From assembly GCF_009834535.1 (NCBI RefSeq), contig NC_045697.1, positions 67,768,001-67,832,000 on the forward strand: 64,000 nucleotides of DNA. Reading direction: 5' to 3'. The notes below the pieces were generated by a model, which saw only the letters and a program-made list of their open reading frames with translations, was not told the DNA's origin and made no database searches. This stretch comes from Camelus ferus (taxonomy: Eukaryota). Both the position numbers and the translations under genes were made by a program. Shown here in pieces: positions 50,771 to 63,360 of the stretch. Every line of letters begins with the position of its first letter. The stretch's first letter is position 1.

Positions 50771-52866
50771 GTTTCTTACAGCTTTGGAAGTGTAATGTGT
50801 CAGGGTTATTTCTTTAAGATACAAAGAGGGGCAGAGAAATGATAGGGATGGAGCTGAGGGAAAACAGTCAAATGACAGGTTCACCTACTACAATGCATTT
50901 CATTATTTCACATCTGTAATAACAGTTGCTGAAATGTATAATAACAACACTGATAAAGACATTGCAAAAATGTGAATTGCTTAGCACAGTAACTAACATG
51001 TTGTGAATTTAAGGGAAAATGATTATTCTTCTCTTTCCTTGTATCTACTTTGGCCTAAAACGGAAGAAGCTATTAACTTTCTCACAGCATATTTATTAGC
51101 TCATCCCCAAAGTAGCAGAGGTACTAATCTGATTAGGCTAAGTTTGACATCCATTGGACAGCATGTTACGTGTTCTGTCTCAAACAGCATCTTGTTTTTA
51201 TTATGTATATCAAAGATACGTAAAAAGTATCCTGAAATTCTTACTCTGCTATCACATGCAAACCTGGTGAGAGTTGTTTATATATTAGACAAGTCTTGCA
51301 ATTCTTTCCCTTGTGGCTAGCTGGGCCTCCTCAGATCCAGCTGTCCCTGAGACACACCTGAGCAAAGACTCAAAGATGAAAGACTGGCTTGTGATGGAGG
51401 AGATGCCAATTCAGAAGCCGATCTAAGTCCTGTCTTATTCTGTCTTATTCTTTACTACAGTATGTAACAGAGAGCCTTACATTTGGCATTTTAAGTTGTT
51501 TGCACAAATTAAAAAAAAAATTCTGCTTGATTCCCATTTGGCTGGAAATTCTCATGTGTATATTCCTTCAGCCAGAACCCTGGTGTGGGAGAAAAAGGAG
51601 TGCTTGGCCTTGAATCCCAAACAGTAAGCACTAAATAAACGGTAGCTGTTTTTGTTGTTGTCAGAAGAGCATGCTATAAGAGGTTTCAAACAGGGAGGCT
51701 AAAATGAAGACAATACATACAATTCTTATCTTTTTTCCAAATTTTCATGTTACATGTTTACTTAAACTGAATATGTGAAGGAGATATCTCCAACCTGCTC
51801 AGTAAACAAAAGAATTTCGGGATGATGACACTGTTCATTTTCTAAGCCTGAATCTTCTGATATTATCTTGGATTAGGAATGTTTATTCGCTCTGTGATGC
51901 TTCCTCTCAGAGAGAAAGAGCGGAGGTTATTCTGAGAAACAAAATTAATGGCAAAGGATACCATAGAAACCGTACATAGCAACAAGGAAAAACGGTGACT
52001 GAACAATTGCTGAAAAATATGGAAAGATGAAAGCAAAGATCATGCACAAAGAACGCTTACACAATGCAATGATCAGGGTGAGGTTATAAATACGAACAAA
52101 TAAAATAAAGTGATTACAAGAAAAATTAACTTTAATTCAGCGTAAAAACACAGGGAAAACTGCTATCTTCCATCCCCAGTACTGTTAAGCTTTCTAGCTC
52201 CTCACGAGGTGGGAGGAATTTCAGTTAAAATTGTTCAGAGATCTAAGCCATCACTAAGTCACATTTTACTAGTAAGAAGCTGATCCACTCTCTTTACTTC
52301 TCCCTATGTGGCCAAGGGCCCCCAGAGGTTGACCTTGCCAAGTATTATTTTACTTTTCCATTTCCTCTCTGCATGCAACATAGATAAATAAGTTAAGCCA
52401 GGGATGATTATAACCAGCCAATTTGGTTTACTAGCCTCTAAATATTAACAAAAAAAAAAAAAAAAAACTTTTAAAGGCAGATCTCAGCTCCCTGAAATTG
52501 TTTGGATTCCTACGGATACAAGCATTTCAGTACCCCAGTTGTCTCATTTCTACTGCTTCATGGCAGTGCTTTATTCACACATGCAGAAACATTTTTCTGG
52601 GTTGGCTTTAAATCAATCTTTTTAATCCTCTAAATCTCTATATCTGATATGAAGGATTAACCAATAATGTACTTGAGTCACAGCAAAATTACTTTCAAAT
52701 TGTGGAAAACTAATTTGAAATGAATTCCATACCATAGTTAGCGGATGTACTCAAGGAACACAGCAAGATGCAAAATGAAATTAAATGTACATTTAAAATA
52801 TCTTTTTCTAGATCTCAGTTTTTTTAAAAGCCTAAATTTAGGACTCACTTAACTAAGCTGAATGCC

Positions 52867-53297
52867 TGAGAGACTGTCAAACTGACTACTAAAACCAGTT
52901 TCTCTTCTTATACACAGATCTGGACTACATTTCCCAGCTTCCCTTGCTATTAGATGTAGCCATGTGACAATAAATAGAATGTGAGTGAATTGATGTTTGT
53001 CAGCTAGAGTTCTGTCCATAAAACCCTCCCACACATGATCCACTGAGATCGTTTGTCTTCTAAGATGGCAGCAATGAAGACAAGCCTATGGCAAACTTGG
53101 GAGATTTGTGCTGAGGATATTAGTGCCACAATATGGAATTTGCTAGAATTCTTATACATACCACTATTCAGGAAAAGAATTACCATCTTGGACTTCATAG
53201 GTTATACTAATAGATATACTTTATGCAACTGCCATGTTAGGCTACTGGATTTCGGATTTGGAGGTCTATTTGTCACCACTGCGTTACTTTAATATAA
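52867..53297 (+). mobile_element. MaLR LTR (MLT1G/H-like)
   Basis: ggactacatttcccagcttcccttgctattagatgtagccatgtgac...aagatggcagc...gttaggctactggatttc. Confidence 0.8.
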
Positions 53298-53406
53298 TAA
53301 AAGTAAGCTAAATCAAAATATGTTTTAATAAATTCCCTGCAACATTAAAGTTATCAGGCTTCCTAAAGGAAAGAGATTAACTAGATGTCATTTTAATCCA
53401 TGTCCT

Positions 53407-53773
53407 TTTTGGGAGGCCATTCTCCTAAATGTCTTTTTGTGTATATTTAGTATCAGATTTTGTTTTGAACTACCATTTCAAGCATAGCTAACAGCCTTAG
53501 AAGATTGGTGATACCCTAAGCTTGGAATTCTTTGGTTGGGAAACAACCCACTATATGTGTCATATCTAAAAGGGCCCACCTCTTCATCTTTCTGGGACCT
53601 GGAGAGCAAGGGGAAACCAATGAGGACATGAAGCTCATGTTGCCTGCTACGCTGTGAGTAATAAAGTCCTTTATCTCTGACCCAGGAGTCTGCCAGCATG
53701 CCTGAAACTGTGACAGGCTAACTTGTTAGCTTGCAAGTAGGATAAAATCTCAGAGCTTTCACAGTTCTTGACA
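53407..53773 (+). mobile_element. ERV1 LTR (LTR37/MER90-like)
   Basis: gtgagtaataaagtcctttatctctgacccaggagtc...ggctaacttgttagcttgcaagtaggataaaatctcagagctttcacagttcttgaca. Confidence 0.85.
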
Positions 53774-54009
53774 ACTCTCTGCAGATGTGTGTGTGCGTGT
53801 GTGTTTTTAAGTAAATTTAGGTGCTATGTGTGTTTGTCTACAGAGACTAAATTATGCTTTTGTTTCTCAGTCCTTCCCTTTATCAGCTGCTCCCTCTTGC
53901 TCCTCGTATAAGCACAATAGATACGCTGAGTTTCTGTCGGTGAAGTATGGCTGAAACAGAAACACTAGAAACAATAATCATGTGTAATTAGTAAGAGTGG
54001 AAATAAAAA

Positions 54010-54170
54010 ATAATAATGATGGTGATGGTGTTGATTACAACTGAGAAGATTTTGTAAATGACTGTCACTAGAAGTACTTTTCAAACATTAACTCATTTAA
54101 TACTTACAATGCCGCTGTAAGTAGGTACTACTGTATCTCCGTGTACAGCTGTGTACAGTTGCAAATAACT
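54010..54170 (-). mobile_element. MIR fragment
   Basis: cattaactcatttaatacttacaatgccgctgtaagtaggtactactgtatctcc. Confidence 0.65.
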
Positions 54171-54222
54171 AACTATTTTGGATTTTTGGGGCGTTGTGTA
54201 CAATGATTGTGCTATACACTAG

Positions 54223-54568
54223 TGTCTCGGTCCATTTGGGCTGCTATAATAAAACAGCACATACTGGGTGGCACATAAACAACAGGAATTTATTTCCGAT
54301 AGATCTGTAGGCTGAAAGTTCAAGATCAAGACACCAGCACGGCTGAGTTCTGGTGACAGCCCTCTTCCTGATTCACAGCTGGCGCACTTCCTCTGTGGTT
54401 GTCACATGGAAGAAAGGGGGAAGGATCTCTGTGGAGCCTCTTTTATAAGAGCACTGATTCCATTCATGAGGGCAAAGCCTCCCAAGTTCCCACCTCCTAA
54501 TACCATCACCTTTAGGGGTTAGGGTTTAACACATGGGTTGAGGGTGGAGGCACACTTGGACCAAAACA
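54223..54568 (-). mobile_element. MaLR solo LTR (MLT1A-like)
   Basis: tgtctcggtccatttgggctgctataataaaa...aagttcaagatcaag...cccacctcctaataccatcacc; near-TSD actag / gctag. Confidence 0.9.
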
Positions 54569-56317
54569 GCTAGACTAGATGTGCTGGGCACCAGATGCTG
54601 CCACAGGCCAGATGTTCAGATGCACTACAGCTGCTAACCAATCTCAGAACTTAGATGTCACCCCAGATGGAGAAGGGGATAAAACAAGGAAATTTGCACT
54701 GATTTGCTTTCAAACTTTTACATTGGAAGTAACTGGGAAATAGAATCATAAGGAAAAGAGAAATTTCTAAAACTTAAATTTTTGTTTTCGTCCTTTGTTT
54801 TTTTCTTTTTGAAATGAGATCTAATATAGATGTTGAGTGCAGTAATCATAAGTTGTAATGGTTATGACTGGAATTAGAATAAGGATAGCAAGTTCTGTAG
54901 GCTTCTTAAGTACCAGATCTACAAGAGAAAGGATGATCAAGAGTATAGACTAAACAGTAAAGAAGAAAGCTGATTTTCCATGTGGCTCAATATAGGGGAG
55001 ACAAGAGATGCAATTGTTTTAATCAATTTGCTATGTCTTTCCATATTTTATTTGGAAAGACACAGAAATAGTGTACCATGGGATTCTGTTTTACCAAAGA
55101 TTAACTTCCATAGATCAGCAAATTCCAGAAGACACAGAGATTAGATTTCCTCTCTAAATCCAGCAACCTCTGACTCATGTTGTAGGATCCCCACAAAGTG
55201 ACAGACTCACATATTTCCACTGAGGTTGTTTTCTCTCTTTCAAACACTCAAAGTAGGATCAATCATGCAATGATGATTTTGATTAGAGGGCCCCTGGGTC
55301 TCTCCCTTAAACACTGTACCCCGTATCTGTGTCTTTGTAAATAAAATATGGAGAAGACTTTAATTAAAACAATTGCCTCACTAGTTCTCTCTATACTGAG
55401 CCACTAAGAGTGTAGGCTTTCTTCTTCATTACTGATTGATCTATACTTCTGCTCCTCCTGTCCCTTGCAGATCTGGTATTCAAGAAGTGTACAACAGTGT
55501 CTATCCTTACTCTAATTCTTCTCATAACAATGGTAAGCCAAATTGTTGATGGTATAATTTATCACTGAGCTTTAGCCAAATGATTTCAACTTGATTTATA
55601 AAATTCTTTAATAATTAGATTCTAAATTACTGAGCCTCCATGATACAGCTTCCCAAATGTAGTTCAATCTACCAGTTTACATTAGATTACACATTTCTGA
55701 TTTCCACCTAATATAAATTAATAATTTATATTGAGATCCACCAGAATTGTTACAGGGATGATAACGGTACATTAAAAAACCTGTTCCTACTTTATAAGGG
55801 ATGAAGGAGAGGATGCTCTCCTTTTCACTGAATTATTTCTTTAAAAAAGGCACAACATTAAAGAGTAAAGTGTCCAAGCTTTGAGAAGAGAATACATTCA
55901 AAGATAATCACAGCATTACTTGGAGCACTACTTTTTGAGAATAAATAAAACTTATCATGCAAATTACATTCTGAGCACTTGAGAATTTTACACAATTGAC
56001 TCAATTCTCTCATACTTCTATTGAGAAAGAATGGGAATCCACCAGGCTTAAAACTTCTGTGGTTTTGAGTGTGTGCGTGTGCAAGTATGTGCAAGTGTGT
56101 GTGTGTGTGTGTTTAGTATGTAATCGTATTTCAGCTTTAATCAAATAGTTTATCACAATGATTTCCTTGGGATACTAACTGTTCTATCGGAGCAGCCATC
56201 ACAGTGTTGGAAAGAAGGATTCAGCAGTAGGACTTCACCCATTCCCTTCAAACAGAACAAATGCAGGCTTATCTAGGTTATAAAAACACTAAAATTCGCC
56301 TTTGAAAAAATATGCCA

Positions 56318-56890
56318 GGGAGCCCAGAAATAGACCTACCTAAATATAGTCAATTGACCTTTTTCAAAAAGCTAAGGCTGTACAATGGAGTAAAGACAGT
56401 CTCCTCAACATATATTGCTGGAACAACTGGATCATCAACATGCAGAAAGATAAATCTAGATAGAGACCCTACATCCTTCTCAAAAACTCACCCCAGAAGG
56501 ATCACAGACATAAGCATAAAATGCAAAACTATATGACTCCTAGAAGATAACAAAGGAGAAAACCTAGATGACTTTTGGATTTTTAGAGCAGTGAAATTAT
56601 TCTCAGTTATGCTATTATGGTGGATACATGTCATTATACAATTGTCAAAATGCATAGACATTAAAACACCAGAAGGAAACTCTAATGTAAACTATGGACC
56701 TGGGTGGTAATAATGTGCTCATATAGGTTCATCAGTGAAAAATATGCCCCTCTGGTGGGGGATGTTGATATTGGGGAGGCTGTATACATGTGGGGACAGG
56801 AGGCATAGGAGGTGAAGTCTCTATACTTTCTGCTCAGTTTTGCTATGATCATAAAAGTTCTCTAAAATATAAAATATATATTAAAATATA
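56318..56890 (+). mobile_element. L1MC1/2-like fragment with an internal deletion
   Basis: ORF2 piece (SPEIDLPKYSQL...) joined at ~56575 to a distal 3' UTR (atggtggatacatgtcattatac...taatgtaaactatggac). Confidence 0.85.
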
Positions 56891-58859
56891 TATGCCTTGT
56901 AGAAGAAAATGTCTGGGCAATAATGTTTTTATACTTAAATTCTGCAGCAATGGCCATGCAAATCTAATTCTCTCTCTATCCTCTGGACCGCCAAAATGTT
57001 TGTTCCCCTCAAATCTATTTACTAGAACTACAAAGGCCTTAACACTACATACTGTATTTTTTGTCATTTTTCTGGAATGCCTTTTGATTTAGAGCTTAAA
57101 AATCAAAGTTACAGAATGCAACAAGTTTCTCGAATAACGCCATAAATTCTTCAGTAATCTGAACAGCTGCCAAGGTAAAAATATGACCAAATTATACCAA
57201 ATTCTAGTCCTGACATTAATCCTTTTAAGGGATGATTCAAACAATGCCTCGAGGAAAAGGGAGGAGTGTAAACAGAAAACCTTACAATCAATTTTGGTTC
57301 AAAAAGAAAAAAAAGTCTAGGTGGACTTATCCAAAGTAAAATAAAAAGAGAAAAAGAATAGGTAAGTTCTACAAAAAAATGAACAGTAGACAACTACCTT
57401 GTAGACAGCCACAGAAGTGTTAGGAAAAAAAAGGACTAAAAGTAGAGCATACAAACACAGTATGCAAAAAACTGAGAAATAATCCATTCTGGACGAAGAC
57501 ATCTTAAGAGATAGAAGATTTTTTTTTAGCAAGTAATAATTCATCTCCTAGAAGTTAAAGAGGATATGAAATTCACAAATGATAAAGGATAAAGTGTTAA
57601 TAGCATAGAATGAACTGAGAAAACACTTGATAAAGGGAAAAAAAACTTTCATGGAAAATATACAACTACAAAAACATCAGTAGTTAGAGTATACAGAAGG
57701 GATGTGGAGCATATGAAAATGTAAAATGGCCAAAGGTACAAAGGACACTACTTAGCTTCAAGTTAGTGGAATAAGACCTGTCAGGTATGAAGGAAAATAT
57801 TGTGAACTATGAATTCAGGAGGGTAATTCAGTGTGCAGTAACTCAGGGAATATAGTTCTTCACTGATACTCTAGATACTCACAAAATGATTCAAAAGAAA
57901 CACTTCTGAAGAGGACAGTGTTTAGGGGATTTTTGATCGAGTTCCCAACATTCAAAAACCCATACAATTAACCTAAGCTAAACATGCTCATTCCAGTTTT
58001 CTTCCCAGGAAAACTTCCAAGGTGGGAATGGAGCCTTTTATCATTTCCAGTACGCTACTGAGTTCTGTGAAAAGTTTCTCTATACCTGAGAGTAAAGAAA
58101 GAGAAACTTCCTCTTCTTCACTTAGATATTTTCCTCCTCATTATCTCCTTATCTTTGGATGTAACTGAGTCATCTAAAATATGTCCAGCTACTTGCTCTT
58201 GGTCTGAGGCTAAAGGTAACAGTGCTCTCGATCACATCATTGAGACCAAGGTTCATGGCAGCATTCTCAGATCTTATGTCAGCTGTGGATTTCTAATTAT
58301 GGAAGATATATTTCTTAAACTTTTAAGGCAATTTGAGTGGGATTTTTAAAACATCCTCCAAAAGAAGCATCTTACCTGATATCATAGTGTATGAAAGGAT
58401 TATAAACACAATCACTAAAATATAGGCTTAACAAATTATTGTGATGATTGGACTAACAAATGGATACTATAGTCTATTTTCTGAAAGTACAAATTATATA
58501 ATGTAAAACATAATAAACACTATTAGCTGTCTCTAGTGACTGTGATAAAATTCCCATAATACTTTAGTTACATTAAGAATGAGGGAAGATAAGTTGAAGA
58601 AAATTTCCATTAATTCATCAATTTTCTCATTGTCCACATCAGGCAATTGGTAGATTTTTTTTTCCTGAAGTTAATAAAATAAGAAAGGTAGGTTTAAGTG
58701 GTGAATAAAGAAAAAAATTACTTCTGAGCAAATAAAACAAATTATAATTTTTATGACGTCCCAAACAGACCACATAACAAAAGACAAAAAACAGAGAAAA
58801 TAAGGAAGTATCAACAAAATATCAGATACGATGACAGAAATAAGACCAAACAGATGCTC

Positions 58860-59080
58860 TATGAGAGGCAGGTGGCTCTGATCTGCCTGTTCCTTGCATG
58901 GTCTTGGGCAAACCATTTAACCTTGGGGCCTTGGTTTTCCACTTGTGAAATGGGAATAATAGTATTAGTAATCATAAATTGTAGTGGGGGGTTAAATGAG
59001 TTAAAGCATATCATGATTTGTATGATAAGGGCACGAAGTTAACTTTCAATGAAAGTTAGCTTTTATTGTTGTGGTGGTTC
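58860..59080 (+). mobile_element. MIR SINE
   Basis: tcttgggcaaaccatttaaccttggggccttggttttccacttgtgaaatgggaataatagta...ttaaatgagttaa. Confidence 0.85.
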
Positions 59081-59623
59081 TTCACAAAAAGAAAGCAATG
59101 ATTATAATTTGTTATTGGATGAGAAATCTCAGTATCATAAGGCAGCCCATTTTTGCTAAACTAATCTCTTAATTCTATACAATTATAATCAAAAATTTTA
59201 CTGATTTTATTTTTTACCCTTGATAAATCTTTTATATATATCTCTATATATATATATCTATGTTAAATTGTTTTAAGTATTATAGTAATTCTACCCAGCA
59301 CAAGAAAAGAAAGCATGGGTTACATAAAAGATGGAACAGATCTATCTTTAAAAAGAATGAAAACAATATAATAAAAATACTCAAAAGATGGTTTCTGAGA
59401 AAAACTTGCTTTCTCATGTTTGGCTTTTATACATCATGAGCAGGGACGGAAAACCCAGCTATGATTGGGAAACGCTGGAGAAGCAAAATTGCTGGTCAAT
59501 TAGGAAACAATCAATTCTCCCAAAAGAAAAACACCCCTTTTGACACCTCTCTTTATTGTGACAAATTGCTTGCCTTGGTTACAGGAGAAGTGATGCTCAC
59601 AAGGTAAAAAATTAATTAGATTC

Positions 59624-60290
59624 AAAAATAGACTTACCCTATGATCCAGCAATCCCACTCCTGGGCATATATCCTGTGAAAACTCTAGTTTGAAAATATG
59701 CATGCACCCCAATGTTCATAGCAGCACAATTTACAATAGCCAACACATGGAAGCAACCTAAATGTCAATCAATAGATTACTGGATAAAGAAGTTGAGATA
59801 TATACACAGAAACACAACACACACACATACATATGTAATGGAATACTACTCAGCCATAAAAAAGACTAAAATAATGCCATTTGCAGCAACATGGATGGAT
59901 CTGGAGATTGTTATTCTAAGTAAAGCCAGAAAGAGAAAGAAAGATACCATATGCTATCACTTATATGTGGAATCTAAAAAAGTGAGACAAATAAACTTGT
60001 TTACAAAATAGAAACATACTCATAGACATAGAAAACAAACTTATGGTTACTAGGGGGGAAATAGGAGGGTGGAGAGTAAATGGGGAGTTAGTGATTGGCA
60101 GATACTAACTACCATATATAAAATAATCAACAAGGTCCTACTGTATAGTACAGGGAACTATATTCATTATCTTGTAATAGCCTATAATGAAAAAGAATAT
60201 GAAAAGGTATATATATAACTGAATCACTATGCCGTACATCAGAAATTAACACAACATAGTAAACTGACTATACTTCAATTAAAAAATAAA
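59624..60290 (+). mobile_element. Young cetartiodactyl L1 3' end (the full insertion may start at 59318)
   Basis: aaaatagacttaccctatgatccagcaatcccactcctgggcat through the A-tail. ORF 59712-60011 is the L1 ORF2 C-terminus. A 16-bp direct repeat lies at 59302-59317 / 60291-60306. Confidence 0.95.
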
Positions 60291-61004
60291 AAGAAAAGAA
60301 AGCATGAATAAAATATGGATTTTTCTTTTCCACAAGTGCTGTTGGTTAACTGGCTAGCCATTTGGAAAATAAGTCTCTCACCTAGATTATGATCCTGATG
60401 TCTTACCTGTTCTCAACTGTTGTCTGATAGGTACGGTTGTGAAGAACATGTGCAGTCCACTACATATGTGAAATTTGTGAGGGTTCTTTCAAGGCCTCTA
60501 GGGGAAATTTTAATGGAAAGAGTATTTTGCAGCTAAAATGCTAGCATATCTTAAAATACTACATTTCTGCAGAATGTATTGGAAACAGAAGAGATTCTGT
60601 AAACAGATTCATTGTGCTTTTAGCACCATCCTCGCTGTAACCTGTGAAATCAGCCAGCTGCCCGCCATCTTCACAGGGGCGTGATTAGACAATTGATGCT
60701 TTGAGACGCCTGCTGCTCACATCACAGTGCAGATAAAACCTAGTTGATTGTAAACCCGGAAATTTCAGCTGGAATGCTCTCACAAAGGTTTTGTTTTTGC
60801 TGGCTCAGGTGAGATCCTTGGGCTTGTCTGATGTTTCAACTTCACAGCAGCCTGATAACTGTACATACTCAAAGCACAAACTCAGAAGCCAAAGAGAATT
60901 TTCTGTCGTATGTGGTATAAGCAGTGCAGTTCAGTGGGAGCAGGGGCCGAGTGAAAGCATTTCATTCAATGTAGGATTCAAAAACCTGGATCACGTAAAT
61001 CCAA

Positions 61005-61150
61005 AGATTAATCAATTCATTTGTACAATTTTTTTTTTTTTTTTTTTTTGGTTACCTACTAACTGCCATGAGGCTATAGTGGTTAACAAAACTGAGAAGG
61101 CCCTTGCTTTTAGCGGGAAGACAGACAATAAACAAGTAAAAGAATAAATG
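61005..61150 (-). mobile_element. L2 3' terminus, antisense
   Basis: aatcaattcatttg...acctactaactgcc...ggcccttgc...agcgggaagacagacaataaacaagtaaa. Confidence 0.75.
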
Positions 61151-63074
61151 CAAATTAAATTAAGCGCTGACTTTCTGATTGGGGTGCCAGTCTTTATCTA
61201 TCAAGATCACAATCTAGAAAAACAAGTCTCTCTTTTTCTTCTCTCTCAAAAATACTCGAATTTTAATAAATATTCTTTAAATGTTTGATCAAGAGTATAT
61301 TTTTGGCCATTCAGTGTCCTGCATATCTATTGATTAAAAAAACAGTTTACTGATTAGATTTAGAGTCAAATATGGTATATCTGGAGGCCTTATTTCTCTT
61401 CAAATACCAAGAAGTTTGTTCTGCTTACCTTCTCATATCAGGTAGGACTAAATAAATGCTTGAATTAGTAAATAAACCAGTGAGTTGATTTTGAAAATAT
61501 TTAATAGATATGTTTATTTCTGTCTTTGAAAGAATAAATCTCCTCATTTAAGTTTGGCCTTGTGTCTTTACATTTTACATGACAAAGAGAATTTGTGTGC
61601 CTAGAACGACTACTTAAATAAGCCCTGTGTTTTACTGAAACAAATAGTGGGATATATATAGTATTCATATCTCAATGGCAAATCTAAAAAGAATAGTATT
61701 TGAATATTTTGAGTTCAAAGTGTCTGTGATTTGTGTTTAGATCATAATACAATAATTATTTTTACTTGAGGGATATATTATATAAAATGAAATTAGTTAC
61801 TTCTGCCCGAGTTTTCCCCAGGTATAAATATAAGTGAGTGCACATACTTCTTTTTAACAAATTGAAAACTATCCCTGTATCAACACTGTCCACCTTTGAC
61901 TTTGCACACAGGTCTAATGTATTCGATTCGAATAATTTGAAAAATATTCTGTCTGGTTTATAAATATTGGATGTGACCACAAATGGCATTCTCTCAATGT
62001 TTGGTATAAGTTTAAATTCCCAATAAGTAATTTACAATGCTTATATTTTTATTTTGGAAAATTACCAAGAATACTATAAAGAATGAAATGTTATAAAGTT
62101 TGAGATTCATAAGGATAGAAAAACTTAAAAAGCTATGCTTCTAACTTGACATTCATGCAGAAAGATGAGTGATTTTACTTTCAGGGAAGACAGTACTTCC
62201 ATAGGTACTTTTTTAATGCATAGCTGCTTTTTTTTATTGTGCTGCAAATGCCTTTTGCCAGTTGGTGACTGTGTTTTGGAGGAAAGGTGGAGCATGACTT
62301 GGACAACAAGCAGCAAGTAAAAGCCTCCTAGAGTGAGTGATTCATTTTGGGGTCTTCTTGGGCTGCTCAATTGCTTAAAAAAGCCTAATAGGAGAAATAA
62401 ACATGAAATCATAGGAGAACAATTCTTACCCTTTTCCCCTCGTGCAGGGAAGTCAATACACTGCTTCTGCACATTACAGCTCGCAGCTGGGGAAGATGGT
62501 TGAGAGAGAGACTCCAACAAAAAGGAACTCATTTGATCTATGGGGTAGGGATGGTCACTTTGGAATGAAGAAAGAAACGAGTTTCTCCTAGATACTCTTT
62601 CGGGGAACTGCCTGGGATGCTTTAAGTGTGATGCTTTTTCTCTGGTCTGATGGGGAAAGGAATGAAATTTTTAACTTTGACGGACTTGACTCTCCTCCCA
62701 AAGCTCACAGCTTGTTTTTTTAAGGTTGTCAAGTGCAATAAGCTCTCTCTCACATGCAGGGTCTAAACTTACAGAAACACACACTCACATATTCACAATA
62801 AAAGATTAACTACATTCTTCAGAAATGTTCACAGTCATTAAATTTTGCTTTTTGTTATAAGAGGAGGTTGCTCTGTAGGCAAGGTCAAAGCAAGGTGCGG
62901 AAATGAGAGGTGCTGAATGGAAAGTCAGAGGGTTGTGGACCATTTCTTCCCCAGAGTTTCCCCTGAGAATGTGAGCAAATGAGATGTAGAGATGTTAGAA
63001 ACCCACTAACTGTAAACTATTTGTAAAAATCACCTTAACTTCTGGTAGTGTTAATAATTTCCTTACCTTTAGAA

Positions 63075-63360
63075 ATTTAGATTGAAACAGTTTTGCTATA
63101 ATAGAGCAATAAATGGTATTTATTGTAAAAGTCTATAAATTACAGCTATTTCCTTAGGATAGATTCCAAATTGTGGAATAACTGGTTCAAAGGGCTTGAC
63201 TTGTTTATGTCACTTGATGTTTATGTGTTGCCAAATACTTTCCAAAAATATTATGATATTATGCATGCATACAAGCAAGCTGTGGACATTCGACTTACAG
63301 CATTCTTATCACAGTAATTATTTTGAAGTAAAAACATTTCTGTTAACTTGGTAAGGAAAA
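63075..63360 (-). mobile_element. Old L1 (L1ME4-like) antisense fragment
   Basis: tatttccttaggatagattccaaattgtggaataactggttcaaaggg...ttgccaaatactttccaaaaa. Confidence 0.7.

Noticed and set aside
43214..53773. Two same-strand LTR37/MER90-like LTRs as the ends of one provirus
   Set aside because: They differ markedly in length and sequence, and the 10 kb between them is L1, L2, MaLR and unique DNA with no ERV1 internal sequence seen.
54511..54526. Telomere-like ttagggg-ttaggg
   Set aside because: A normal internal part of the MLT1A LTR.
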